NCBI GenBank assembly: GCA_043739185.1
Contig: JAYUEN010000465.1
Coordinates: forward strand, 1 to 31,166
Direction: 5' to 3'
Source of the DNA: Bdellovibrionales bacterium
GTDB lineage: Bacteria; Bdellovibrionota; Bdellovibrionia; Bdellovibrionales; JAMPXM01
Length of the DNA: 31,166 nt
The notes under the pieces are model-generated. The model worked only from the letters and a program-made list of their open reading frames with translations. It was not told the DNA's origin and did not search any database. Positions 7,094 through 15,633 of this stretch are shown here, in pieces (the first letter of the stretch is position 1; the number at the start of each line of letters is the position of its first letter). The position numbers and the translations under genes were made by a program.

Positions 7094-8992
7094 CTATAAA
7101 TGGGACTCTCGAAAAATTTTTAATACTTCTTGAGGAGTTCCCAGCATTTTAATTTCTCCGTTTTGGAGCCAAAGTATCCGGTCACACTTTTCAATGGTTG
7201 AAAGCCGATGAGCAATTATGATTTGCGTGCGCTTTGCAAAAAAATCGTTAGTTGCTCGCACTAAAATATCTTCGCTGTGGGGGTCAACATTGCTAGTGGC
7301 TTCGTCCATAATGACGATCGGACAGTCTTGAAGAAGACAGCGGGCCATGCAAATCAATTGTTTTTCACCTTGGCTTAAATTGCGGCCCCTCTCCTCAATT
7401 ATCGTGTCAAGTCCAAGAGGCAAGTATTGAAACCAAGTGTCCAACCCAACTCGGGCCAAAACCAAAATGAATTCTTCATCTGGCTGACTTTCGTCTAGCG
7501 ACAAATTTTCGCGAAGTGTTCCCTTGAAGAGCGCCGGCTCTTGCGAAATGAAAGCCATACTCTTGCGAAAGATTTCGAGGTCAATAAGTGCCGGGTCTTT
7601 AGAGTTGCGATCGGATTGAAACCTCGCTCTAAAATCATCAATTTTTATACAACCGCTTTCAATCGGATAAAGATGAAATAAGACCTGAATGAGACTGGTT
7701 TTGCCGCTGCCAGTTCGGCCCACAATGCCAAGGCGTTCTCCGGGCGCTACAGAAAAATTAATGTTTTTTAGAACCTGGGGCAAATCATTCCGATATCTAA
7801 AATTTAAATTCTCAACCTTCAAGCTAGACGCACTTTTCGCGAATAGTTTGTTTTCAATTAGATCCTTTTCCTCTTTCGTAGAATATTGAGGTTGTTCGGT
7901 TTTAAATTTGGACTGAGCTGGGAGATGGGCCCCTGGCTCAAGTGGATGTCTTAAATATTGATCCAGGCGTTCGACGCCGATGAGGGCCTCTTCGAATTGC
8001 GAAATCCATTCAAAAAACAACTGAAGCGTATGCCCTGAAATGGCAATGAAGCTAAAGGCCACACCGACTGAGCCGACAGATATTAGGCCTTTTTGAATTA
8101 AAAAATAAGTGCTCACTCCAGTCGTTAAAAGCAAAAACGCAGTCATTGAATTCATTTGAAATGTAAAAACCAAAAGATGAAAGGTGGTCTTTAGTTTTTG
8201 ATCTAAATAAAGCAAATTAAGTGAAGTAAAGCGCTTGAAAAAGCTAGCTTGCTTCTGAAAGGCTCGAATCGTTGTGGCCCCTTGAGCAGTTTCCGCAAAA
8301 TGCGCAATCGAAGGTGAGCGATTGCGTGAAAGATCTCTGCGATAAATTCGTAGTCGGTTGCGATTGAGACGATAAACCAAATAATTTAAACATCCGATAA
8401 GTAAGCAAATGAAAAAATAAAATCGACTCGCATAGGTGACAAGAATGAGCATAGCAATAATATCAAAAATAATGGTGATGAATTCAGCTAAGGGTCCACC
8501 GAACATTCTAAAGACATTGCCGTAGTCTGAAGAAAATCGCGTGACAATTCGTCCCACAGGGGTGGTGTCGAAAAACGACATTGGAAGTCTGCTAGTCCGC
8601 CACGTCACCTCATCATAAAATTGGCTGACAGCATAAGAACTCATTCGCGAAAACCAAATGCGAAACACTAAGGTGAGAGATAAGCCCACAATACAAATTC
8701 CACAAAGTAAAACCAGATATTGAGTGGCTTGAAAGTTGCTGGCCCAAGACGGCGTTGGCTTGCAGATTTGCGGGGATTTGCAATAGCTATCAACCCAAAT
8801 ACCAATGATGTTGGCATTTGACAGAAGCAAAATTCGCCCTAAAAAGCCAACGACAAAGAGAATTAAACACTTGGCAATATAAGGTCGATAGGCCTCTTTT
8901 AAAGTGGCGAGAATATTCTTAGAAAAAGTTTCAGAAAATCGAGATTCATCTTCAATGAATTGAAGCTTTGCAGATTTCATATCTTTTTTCAT
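7094..8992 (-). CDS. ABC exporter half-transporter (TMD+NBD) resembling the C-terminal half of ABCC/MRP
   Basis: PMSFFDTTPVGRIVTRFSSD, RSPSIAHFAETAQGATTIRAF, GVERLDQY, Walker A GRTGSGKT, signature NLSQGEKQLICMAR, Walker B IMDEATSNVD, H-loop IAHRL. Confidence 0.92.
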   Translation of the reverse strand: MKKDMKSAKLQFIEDESRFSETFSKNILATLKEAYRPYIAKCLILFVVGFLGRILLLSNANIIGIWVDSYCKSPQICKPTPSWASNFQATQYLVLLCGICIVGLSLTLVFRIWFSRMSSYAVSQFYDEVTWRTSRLPMSFFDTTPVGRIVTRFSSDYGNVFRMFGGPLAEFITIIFDIIAMLILVTYASRFYFFICLLIGCLNYLVYRLNRNRLRIYRRDLSRNRSPSIAHFAETAQGATTIRAFQKQASFFKRFTSLNLLYLDQKLKTTFHLLVFTFQMNSMTAFLLLTTGVSTYFLIQKGLISVGSVGVAFSFIAISGHTLQLFFEWISQFEEALIGVERLDQYLRHPLEPGAHLPAQSKFKTEQPQYSTKEEKDLIENKLFAKSASSLKVENLNFRYRNDLPQVLKNINFSVAPGERLGIVGRTGSGKTSLIQVLFHLYPIESGCIKIDDFRARFQSDRNSKDPALIDLEIFRKSMAFISQEPALFKGTLRENLSLDESQPDEEFILVLARVGLDTWFQYLPLGLDTIIEERGRNLSQGEKQLICMARCLLQDCPIVIMDEATSNVDPHSEDILVRATNDFFAKRTQIIIAHRLSTIEKCDRILWLQNGEIKMLGTPQEVLKIFRESHL

Positions 8993-10851
8993 TTGGCGCC
9001 CCGGTCGACATCGGCAACCTGAAGTGAGGGGCCTTCAAATTCAGAAATCGCACTGAGAGTTTCAATTCTCAATTCGCGAGCGGAGGCAGTAAAGTTGCGA
9101 AAACTCGCAGACCTGCTCATCAATTGCGGGAGAGTCCCAATTTCAGAAATTTTCCCTGCTTCTATAAAAACGATACGATCAACATAAGCTAAAACAGACA
9201 GACGATGCGAGACGAGAATGCGGGTGCGATTCTTCCAGGTGCCAAGTAGCAAATTCTGTACAAGTTTTCTTTCAGTATCCACATCTACGGCACTCAAGCT
9301 ATCGTCTAACAATACAATCGGTCGATCGAAATAAACCGCGCGTGCCAAGCCCACTCTTTGCCTTTGCCCTCCAGAGAGGTTGACCCCGCGCTCACCAATT
9401 TCAGTATCAAGTCCATTATTCAATGATTCATTCGCTGGATCAAATTCGGCCTGCTGAAGGGCTGCGAAAACTTTATCGTCAATTCCTTGCGCCGGCAAAT
9501 ATTCAAACGCAATATTTTCTCGCAAATTTGAACTCATGACAAAAGCATCTTGGGCCACAAAGGTAAAGTAGTCTTTGGCTTGTTCAGGACGGAGCTGCAA
9601 AATATCTTGGTCGCCGATTTTAAATTCCTCAAATTGCGCATCTACTTCGCGCAATAGTGAATAAAGAAAAAGCGATTTCCCTGAACCGACTTCGCCAACT
9701 ACAGCAAGAAATTCACCGGCTTTAATTTCAAGATTGAAATTATCAAGTATTTTCTGATCTTGAAGCTTGAGGTTCAAGCCGGATATCTTAAGGCTTGGAG
9801 ACGAGCATTCGATGGCCACTGGTGATTTATAAAACAGGTCTGGGCTTTCATATTTCTCAGAGGCGTCTCCCAGCTGCAAAAATAGTTCAATTCGTTTGAT
9901 AGAAGAGTAAGAATCAAAAGCAAAGGTCATAACCCATGGCAAAACTCGAAAAGGCCTGGTTAAAAATACACCGAAAACCCAAAGCAAAGCCAATAATTCT
10001 CCTGGAGTCATGGCATGATGGCTAAAATAAATAACCGAAATCATAGCACTAAGATTTATAAAAAAACTCACACTCGATGCGACTGAACTATTGATTTGAC
10101 CATTGGTAACCATATCAATTCTGTTTTTAGTTTCTTCGATGCGTTTTGAAAATATTTTCTTTTCAAAGTTTTTGGTCCAAGCTAAAATTCTAAGACTTCG
10201 AAGGTTTTGAATCCATTCGTTAACAAGTCCGGATCTTTCAGCAGCAAGCTGTTTGAAATTGAAAAAAAAGCGCGCTTGTCGAATAGATAAAAAAAGATGA
10301 AAAACCACTAGAAAGGCCATGGTGAGAAGCGTTGGCAGAAGAGGGACATCATAAAGCTTGTGAATAAAAAGTGGTGCCATCACAATCGGAAAAATAATTC
10401 CGGCGCCACTTGGTAAAGTTTGTTCGAGTAGAGTGGTGGCACTTGCAACATCGGTGGCATAGATTGAAATGACTTCGCCAATTGATCTGTGATTCATGGT
10501 ATCTCGCCTCAGCGACAACATTTTTTTATAAATGATGCTTCCGAGATGTTTTTGAATGAAAAATCCTTCACGAGCACCATAGTAAACAGCTGAAGTACTT
10601 AAAAACTGACTCAGAAGACTCGCTAGAAAAGCCAAACACATATTTAAAAGCGCATTTGAACTTAAGCCTATGCCAAAGAATTGCATTCTTTCTTGACCGG
10701 TCAACGCATCGACAAAGGCTTTTTGAAAAAGTGGACTGAGTAGGCCAAAGAAGGAAGCGACAAAACTAAGCCCAATTAAAAAAAAGCGCGCTGGCAAACG
10801 ATAAATTAAAATGTAAAAGAGTAGCGCGCCCTTTTCTTTAATATCTTCCAT
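8989..10851 (-). CDS. ABC exporter half-transporter (TMD+NBD) resembling the N-terminal half of ABCC/MRP
   Basis: ERSGLVNEWIQNLRSLRILAW, Walker A GEVGSGKS, TEIGERGVNLSGGQRQRVGLARAVY, Walker B LLDDSLSAVD (Asp in place of the catalytic Glu); ATGA overlap with the partner gene. Confidence 0.92.
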   Translation of the reverse strand: MEDIKEKGALLFYILIYRLPARFFLIGLSFVASFFGLLSPLFQKAFVDALTGQERMQFFGIGLSSNALLNMCLAFLASLLSQFLSTSAVYYGAREGFFIQKHLGSIIYKKMLSLRRDTMNHRSIGEVISIYATDVASATTLLEQTLPSGAGIIFPIVMAPLFIHKLYDVPLLPTLLTMAFLVVFHLFLSIRQARFFFNFKQLAAERSGLVNEWIQNLRSLRILAWTKNFEKKIFSKRIEETKNRIDMVTNGQINSSVASSVSFFINLSAMISVIYFSHHAMTPGELLALLWVFGVFLTRPFRVLPWVMTFAFDSYSSIKRIELFLQLGDASEKYESPDLFYKSPVAIECSSPSLKISGLNLKLQDQKILDNFNLEIKAGEFLAVVGEVGSGKSLFLYSLLREVDAQFEEFKIGDQDILQLRPEQAKDYFTFVAQDAFVMSSNLRENIAFEYLPAQGIDDKVFAALQQAEFDPANESLNNGLDTEIGERGVNLSGGQRQRVGLARAVYFDRPIVLLDDSLSAVDVDTERKLVQNLLLGTWKNRTRILVSHRLSVLAYVDRIVFIEAGKISEIGTLPQLMSRSASFRNFTASARELRIETLSAISEFEGPSLQVADVDRGAK

Positions 10852-10994
10852 TTCGAAACTTGCTCAATTCAATTAATTTAAAACTCAATTTTAGTTTTAT
10901 TAGGTGCTTTCATTTTAAGAATGAATACAGCGTAAAGGCTAGCCTAAAATCAGGTTTTTAGGTACATCAATTTCCAGTGCGAGCTTTATATAGC

Positions 10995-11023
10995 TTGCGA
11001 TTTAAGTGAGGTCTGCATAAACT
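10995..11023 (+). promoter_or_regulatory. Putative sigma70 promoter of the DOMON-like/namZ genes
   Basis: TTGCGA (10995-11000), 17 bp spacer, TAAACT (11018-11023), ending 10 bp before ATG 11034. Confidence 0.5.
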
Positions 11024-11033
11024 TAAAGGCGCT

Positions 11034-11609
11034 ATGAATCCAAGTTATGCGTATTCAATATTGAATCCATTTGATGCGACGAGATCTCATCCTTTTGAAT
11101 TAAGGGCGCGCGCGAATTGGAGCAAGCCATTCGTCCTGCATTTGGACTATGTGTTAAAAGCAGACCTAAGGCAAATAATATTGCCACCAGCAATTGAAGG
11201 CGCTGGTCGTGCCGATAATTTGTGGGAGCATACTTGCTTTGAAGCTTTCATTGCCCTTGAAGATTCACCAGACTATTTAGAAGTCAATTTGGCGCCAAGC
11301 AATCAATGGAATATATATGAATTTAAAAAATATCGAGGCAGCCGTATGGAAGCTGATCAAGTCAATTGCAAGCCAATGATTTTGAAAGCCAAGACGAATT
11401 TTAATGTTCAGGCTGAAATTGATTTGAGCGGCGTAGCTTGGATTAAAAATTCAAAGAAAACAAATGATATCCATTTGGGTCTTACCAGCGTAATAGAGTT
11501 AAAAAGCAAATTGATTTCTTACTGCGCACTTACTCATAAAAGTGATAAGCCCGACTTTCACCGAAAAGAAAGTTTTATTTTACGGCTCAAGAATCCTTCG
11601 GCGGTTTAG
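11034..11609 (+). CDS. DOMON-like domain protein (MurB-associated DOMON-like family)
   Basis: Family-like motifs RADNLWEHTCFEAFI, YLEVNLAPSNQWNIYEF..YR and ALTH...PDFH; no signal peptide. Confidence 0.72.
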   Translation: MNPSYAYSILNPFDATRSHPFELRARANWSKPFVLHLDYVLKADLRQIILPPAIEGAGRADNLWEHTCFEAFIALEDSPDYLEVNLAPSNQWNIYEFKKYRGSRMEADQVNCKPMILKAKTNFNVQAEIDLSGVAWIKNSKKTNDIHLGLTSVIELKSKLISYCALTHKSDKPDFHRKESFILRLKNPSAV

Positions 11610-11619
11610 GAGTGCCCTT

Positions 11620-12825
11620 ATGAGTTTTCGCTTTGGCATTGATGTATTATTAAATGATCCAAAGTTGCTCGCGGAGCTTAAAAATAAGAAGCTCAGTTTG
11701 GTGGCGCATCCTGCTTCTGTGAACGGCGAACTGACTCATACGATCGATGCATTATTCAATGCTGGTTTGAAGCTTTCTTCTGCTTTTGGTCCGCAACACG
11801 GCATTCACGGTGAGAAACAATACAATATGATTGAGACTCCCGATCAATTAGATCCCAAATATCATATTCCAATTTTTTCACTTTACGGAAAAGTTCGAAA
11901 GCCCACGGCCGAAATGATGAGCAGCTTTGATCTGGTATTAATTGACCTACAAGATGTGGGCACACGTATTTATACATATCTGACAACATTATTTTATATG
12001 CTTGAAGCCGCTCATGAGTTCAAAAAAACAGTTTGGATTCTCGATCGACCCAATCCAATAGGTCGACCTATTGAGGGGAGTCTTCTGACGAAAGGCTTTA
12101 CGAGCTTTGTCGGTTGTGCCGAAGGACTTCCGATGAGGCATGGTCTTACATTAGGAGAATTTGCCCTTTATTTTAAGAAAAGCTTAAAACTTGATTGTGA
12201 AATTAAAGTGGTCAAGATGCAAGATTATCGGATGGATCTCGCACCTGGCTTTGGGTGGCCTCAAAAATCTTGGGTGAACCCATCTCCGAACGCACCCTCA
12301 TTGAGTATGGCCCGTTGCTATCCGGGTACGGTTTTGATTGAAGGCACACATTTATCAGAAGGCCGCGGCACCACTAGGCCCTTAGAGATCGTCGGCGCAC
12401 CAGATATAGACGCTGAAAAAATCCTTCAAAAGATGCAGGCCTATAAAAGCAATTGGCTTGAGGGCTGTAAATTGCGCACCTGTTATTTTGAGCCGACCTT
12501 TTATAAGTACAAAGAAAAGACCTGTCACGCTATGCAAATTCATATTGACGATTCTTCGCACTATCAACACGAAAAATTTAAACCCTATCGGGTCATGGCA
12601 CTATGGTTTAAAGCTCTACGCAGTCTTTATCCTGATTATCAAATTTGGCGTGACTTTCCCTATGAGTATGTCACCGATCGCTTGGCCTTTGATGTGATCA
12701 ATGGTGGAACTTTTATGCGAACCTGGATAGAGGATGCCGCCGCCGGACCCGAGGATCTCGATAAAGTTTTTCTTCGAGATGAGAAGGCGTGGCGTGAGCG
12801 AAGTAAAGAATTTCATTTGTACTAA
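11620..12825 (+). CDS. namZ: Exo-beta-N-acetylmuramidase NamZ family (DUF1343/YbbC)
   Basis: AGGAG RBS before ATG 11620. Motifs FGPQHG, SLYG..RKPT, DLQDVGTRIYTY, LDRPNPIG, RHGLTLGE, WVNPSPN and SEGRGTTRP. The ORF-track start at 11542 overlaps the upstream gene. Confidence 0.9.
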   Translation: MSFRFGIDVLLNDPKLLAELKNKKLSLVAHPASVNGELTHTIDALFNAGLKLSSAFGPQHGIHGEKQYNMIETPDQLDPKYHIPIFSLYGKVRKPTAEMMSSFDLVLIDLQDVGTRIYTYLTTLFYMLEAAHEFKKTVWILDRPNPIGRPIEGSLLTKGFTSFVGCAEGLPMRHGLTLGEFALYFKKSLKLDCEIKVVKMQDYRMDLAPGFGWPQKSWVNPSPNAPSLSMARCYPGTVLIEGTHLSEGRGTTRPLEIVGAPDIDAEKILQKMQAYKSNWLEGCKLRTCYFEPTFYKYKEKTCHAMQIHIDDSSHYQHEKFKPYRVMALWFKALRSLYPDYQIWRDFPYEYVTDRLAFDVINGGTFMRTWIEDAAAGPEDLDKVFLRDEKAWRERSKEFHLY

Positions 12826-12844
12826 GGGTAGGAAATCAGTTTTC

Positions 12845-12890
12845 CGGCAGTAACAGCGGTCATCAGTTTAGCTGTTTCGGTTGCCGTTTT
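12845..12890 (+). terminator. Possible terminator hairpin after namZ
   Basis: cggcag/ttgccg outer stem plus aacagc/gctgtt inner stem, followed by TTTT. Confidence 0.4.
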
Positions 12891-12934
12891 CTGGGTGCGG
12901 TTTGCCGGCCCCTGAGGTCTGAGCTTTGGCCAAT

Positions 12935-12960
12935 AAAAAGACCGACAACGATGTCGGTCT
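12935..12960 (-). terminator. Intrinsic terminator of the small secreted protein gene
   Basis: Perfect 9-bp stem agaccgaca/tgtcggtct with a 4-nt loop and an adjacent A-run (U-tract on the minus strand), about 30 bp past the stop at 12990. Confidence 0.8.
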
Positions 12961-12989
12961 CTGAAATCTTATTCAAGTATTAAAACTAA

Positions 12990-13292
12990 TTATTTTTTAT
13001 CTTCGTGGCGCTTTTCTTTGCGGTCATGACGTAATTTCTTTTTGTCACGTTTTTTGTCAGCTTGTGCTTCTTTCTTTTCTTCTTTGTCTTTTTTCACGGC
13101 TTCTTTGTTGCCTTCAGCTTTGTCTTCTTTGATTTTCGCATTTTCGTCTTTGATTTTCTCGTTGTCTGCTTTAATGTCTTTCTTATCTTGTTTGATCTCT
13201 TGGCTTTCAGATTTCTCTTTGGCTTCTTCAGCATAAACTCCCATAGAAATTGAAAGGGCTGCGATTGCGATTGCTAAGTGTTTTAATTTCAT
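12990..13292 (-). CDS. Small secreted, highly charged (K/E/D) coiled-coil protein
   Basis: AAGGAG RBS, signal peptide ending VYA-E, heptad-like IKQDKKD-IKADNEK-IKDENAK-IKEDKAE, and its own terminator. Confidence 0.85.
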   Translation of the reverse strand: MKLKHLAIAIAALSISMGVYAEEAKEKSESQEIKQDKKDIKADNEKIKDENAKIKEDKAEGNKEAVKKDKEEKKEAQADKKRDKKKLRHDRKEKRHEDKK

Positions 13293-13538
13293 ACATTCTC
13301 CTTAGTTAGTTTAGAACTCATTTGAAGTTCCGTTGGTTGCATCCATAGAATAAATCATTCAGCTAAGCAGAGCATGATTCTAAAATGAAAAGATTTTTAA
13401 ATTGACGAAGAAAATCTGTCTCAAAATGAGGCGGTAAAAGGCTTGAGAAAGCTTAAGTATCTGAAGTTTGTCAGACTTTTTCCACCAATTTTACAGGGTT
13501 TTCTGATATATAGTCTGTGAAAAGGGAGCAAAGATTCA

Positions 13539-14210
13539 ATGCCTAAAATCCTTTTAGTAGAAGATGATCCACTCATTGCAAAGAGTCTTAAATTGAGCCT
13601 TGGATACCAGGGTTTTGAGCTGATTCACTCCGATACACTTGCCGCTGCGAGAAGTTCAATTGAAACTGGTAAGTTTGATCTATTCATCCTGGATATTAAT
13701 TTACCCGACGGCCTCGGATTCGAATTGTGTGAGGAACTAAGGCGTACTCAGTATTTTGTGCCAATTCTAATGTTGACCGCTAAAACCGATGAAGACTCAG
13801 TCGTAAAGGCCATTGGTTTAGGCGCAGACGACTATGTACGCAAACCATTTGGAGTAAAAGAATTGGTGGCGCGAATGAATCGCCTGCTTGAAAGAAAAAC
13901 CAAAGCGCCCAAATTATTGGAGTTTGGAATTCTCAAAATGGATCTTAACAAAAGGCAGGCCTGGGCAAGTGAAATTGAGCTGAGCCTTGGACGCCGTGAA
14001 TTTGAAATTTTGCGTCTACTCATGCAAAAAGATGGCGACGTCACCACAAGGGACGAAATCTTAAGTGCATTAGATGAAGAGATTGCAATATATGATCGCA
14101 CCATAGATTCGCATTTGAGTCATTTGCGAAAAAAAATTCGCGAAGCAGGTGCGCTTCAAATTCAAATTAGCCCAGTTTACGGAGTGGGCTACCGACTTGA
14201 GGCAAAGTGA
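13539..14210 (+). CDS. OmpR/PhoB-family response regulator
   Basis: Receiver motifs LLVEDD, LDINLPD, MLTA, GADDYVRKPF and winged helix DRTIDSHLSHLRKKI...VYGVGYRL. Confidence 0.95.
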   Translation: MPKILLVEDDPLIAKSLKLSLGYQGFELIHSDTLAAARSSIETGKFDLFILDINLPDGLGFELCEELRRTQYFVPILMLTAKTDEDSVVKAIGLGADDYVRKPFGVKELVARMNRLLERKTKAPKLLEFGILKMDLNKRQAWASEIELSLGRREFEILRLLMQKDGDVTTRDEILSALDEEIAIYDRTIDSHLSHLRKKIREAGALQIQISPVYGVGYRLEAK

Positions 14211-15622
14211 AAAAGAAACAATTGGCTTGGTTTTTGTTGATCAGTATAGTTGCCTCGATTCTCTTAAGTATTTTGAGTTTTTTTTGTCTCAGGATTATCA
14301 ACGAAAGTTCAACCTTTTCTCATCGCCAAGAATATTTGACAAATTTAGCAAAAGATTTTGAGGGCAAGAATTCCGCTCAGGCGATGCTTGAATTCAATCA
14401 AAAACACTCTGGCCAACATGGCTCTCGAAGTCAGTACTGGCTCCTCAACAAGAATGGCGAAATTCAAGCTAGTAGCGCCGGCCAAGAGCTACCAATTCTT
14501 TGGAGTGAAATCCTCAAGCCAGAGAGTCCTCACGAATTCACCACGACTTATAAAAAATTTAGTTTGATTCCTGATTTGACTCTTATTCGCCTCACGGGTG
14601 AACCAGCAATGTATCTTTTGAGTAAAGCGTTGATCAGGCGAGCTCCGAATCAAATGATTATCGCACAAGTCACACTGACTTTTGTCATCATAGCAACCAC
14701 ACTCTTTTTAGCACTTTCGATAACCTTTCTGTATTTGCAGCGTAAATCTGTTGAGGCAAAGGAAATTTTGAATCGACTTGAGCGAGGTGATTTAACAGCG
14801 CGCTTTGAGATTCAAGGTTTTGACGAAGCCGGAAGTTTGATGCTCGATTTCAATCGCATGGCTTCGCAAATTGAATTTCTTGTTCATAAAGTTCAAGCCA
14901 CAGAGAGAATGAGGCGAGAACTCTTACAAGAATTGAGTCATGATTTGAGGACTCCACTTACGAGCCTCAGCACATCTCTCGAAACTCTCCATACTCATAC
15001 TGAAGAATTGAGCAAAGTAGATCGCGGCGAACTTTTGGCAATGATGCGCGGCGAGCTTGAATACTTCATTCAGCTACTTGAGGATTTATTTTTTATTTCT
15101 GAAATCGATGAGCCCAATTACCAGAGTCATTTGTCTGAAATTGATCTTGCAAAGTTACTTGAAGCCGAACTTAAATCACGCGAAACCCTTGCCAGTGGGA
15201 AGCTAAAGTGGAGTTTTGAAGATTCCTCAACTCAAAAAAGCTTTAAGGGAGATCAACAGTCTTTGTTGAGGCTAATAAAAAATCTCTTAGACAATGCTGC
15301 ACGATTTGCGGAGTCCAATGTGAAAGTGCATCTTCGCAATTCAGCAGATGCGGTTTTACTCGAAGTACAAGATGATGGGCCAGGAATGAGTCGAATTGAA
15401 ATCGAAAGTTTTGGAGAACGAAGAAAACATCGCAGCCTATCCAAATCAAGCAACTTCAAATCTTCATTGGGTTTGGGTTCTGTGATCATAAAAAAAATTG
15501 TGCAATTTTACAAAGGTGAGATCGAGATTCTGAACTTACGCGAACAAGGCATTAACTCAAACGGAACACTCATCCGCATCTACTTAAAAGTAGGCGGGAT
15601 TAGTGAAATTGCAACACGCTGA
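14207..15622 (+). CDS. Sensor histidine kinase (2 TM, periplasmic loop, HAMP, HisKA, HATPase)
   Basis: Two hydrophobic segments, HAMP (GDLTAR..DEAGSL..DFNRMA), H box LSHDLRTPLT, N box NLLDNA, G1 DDGPG; GTGA overlap with the regulator. Confidence 0.93.
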   Translation: MKKKQLAWFLLISIVASILLSILSFFCLRIINESSTFSHRQEYLTNLAKDFEGKNSAQAMLEFNQKHSGQHGSRSQYWLLNKNGEIQASSAGQELPILWSEILKPESPHEFTTTYKKFSLIPDLTLIRLTGEPAMYLLSKALIRRAPNQMIIAQVTLTFVIIATTLFLALSITFLYLQRKSVEAKEILNRLERGDLTARFEIQGFDEAGSLMLDFNRMASQIEFLVHKVQATERMRRELLQELSHDLRTPLTSLSTSLETLHTHTEELSKVDRGELLAMMRGELEYFIQLLEDLFFISEIDEPNYQSHLSEIDLAKLLEAELKSRETLASGKLKWSFEDSSTQKSFKGDQQSLLRLIKNLLDNAARFAESNVKVHLRNSADAVLLEVQDDGPGMSRIEIESFGERRKHRSLSKSSNFKSSLGLGSVIIKKIVQFYKGEIEILNLREQGINSNGTLIRIYLKVGGISEIATR

Positions 15623-15633
15623 ATTACGAAATC

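Noticed and set aside
8975..9000. Programmed frameshift fusing the two ABC halves (AAAAAAG near the junction)
   Set aside because: The A6G run lies after the upstream stop codon, so it cannot bypass it; ATGA is an ordinary translational-coupling overlap.
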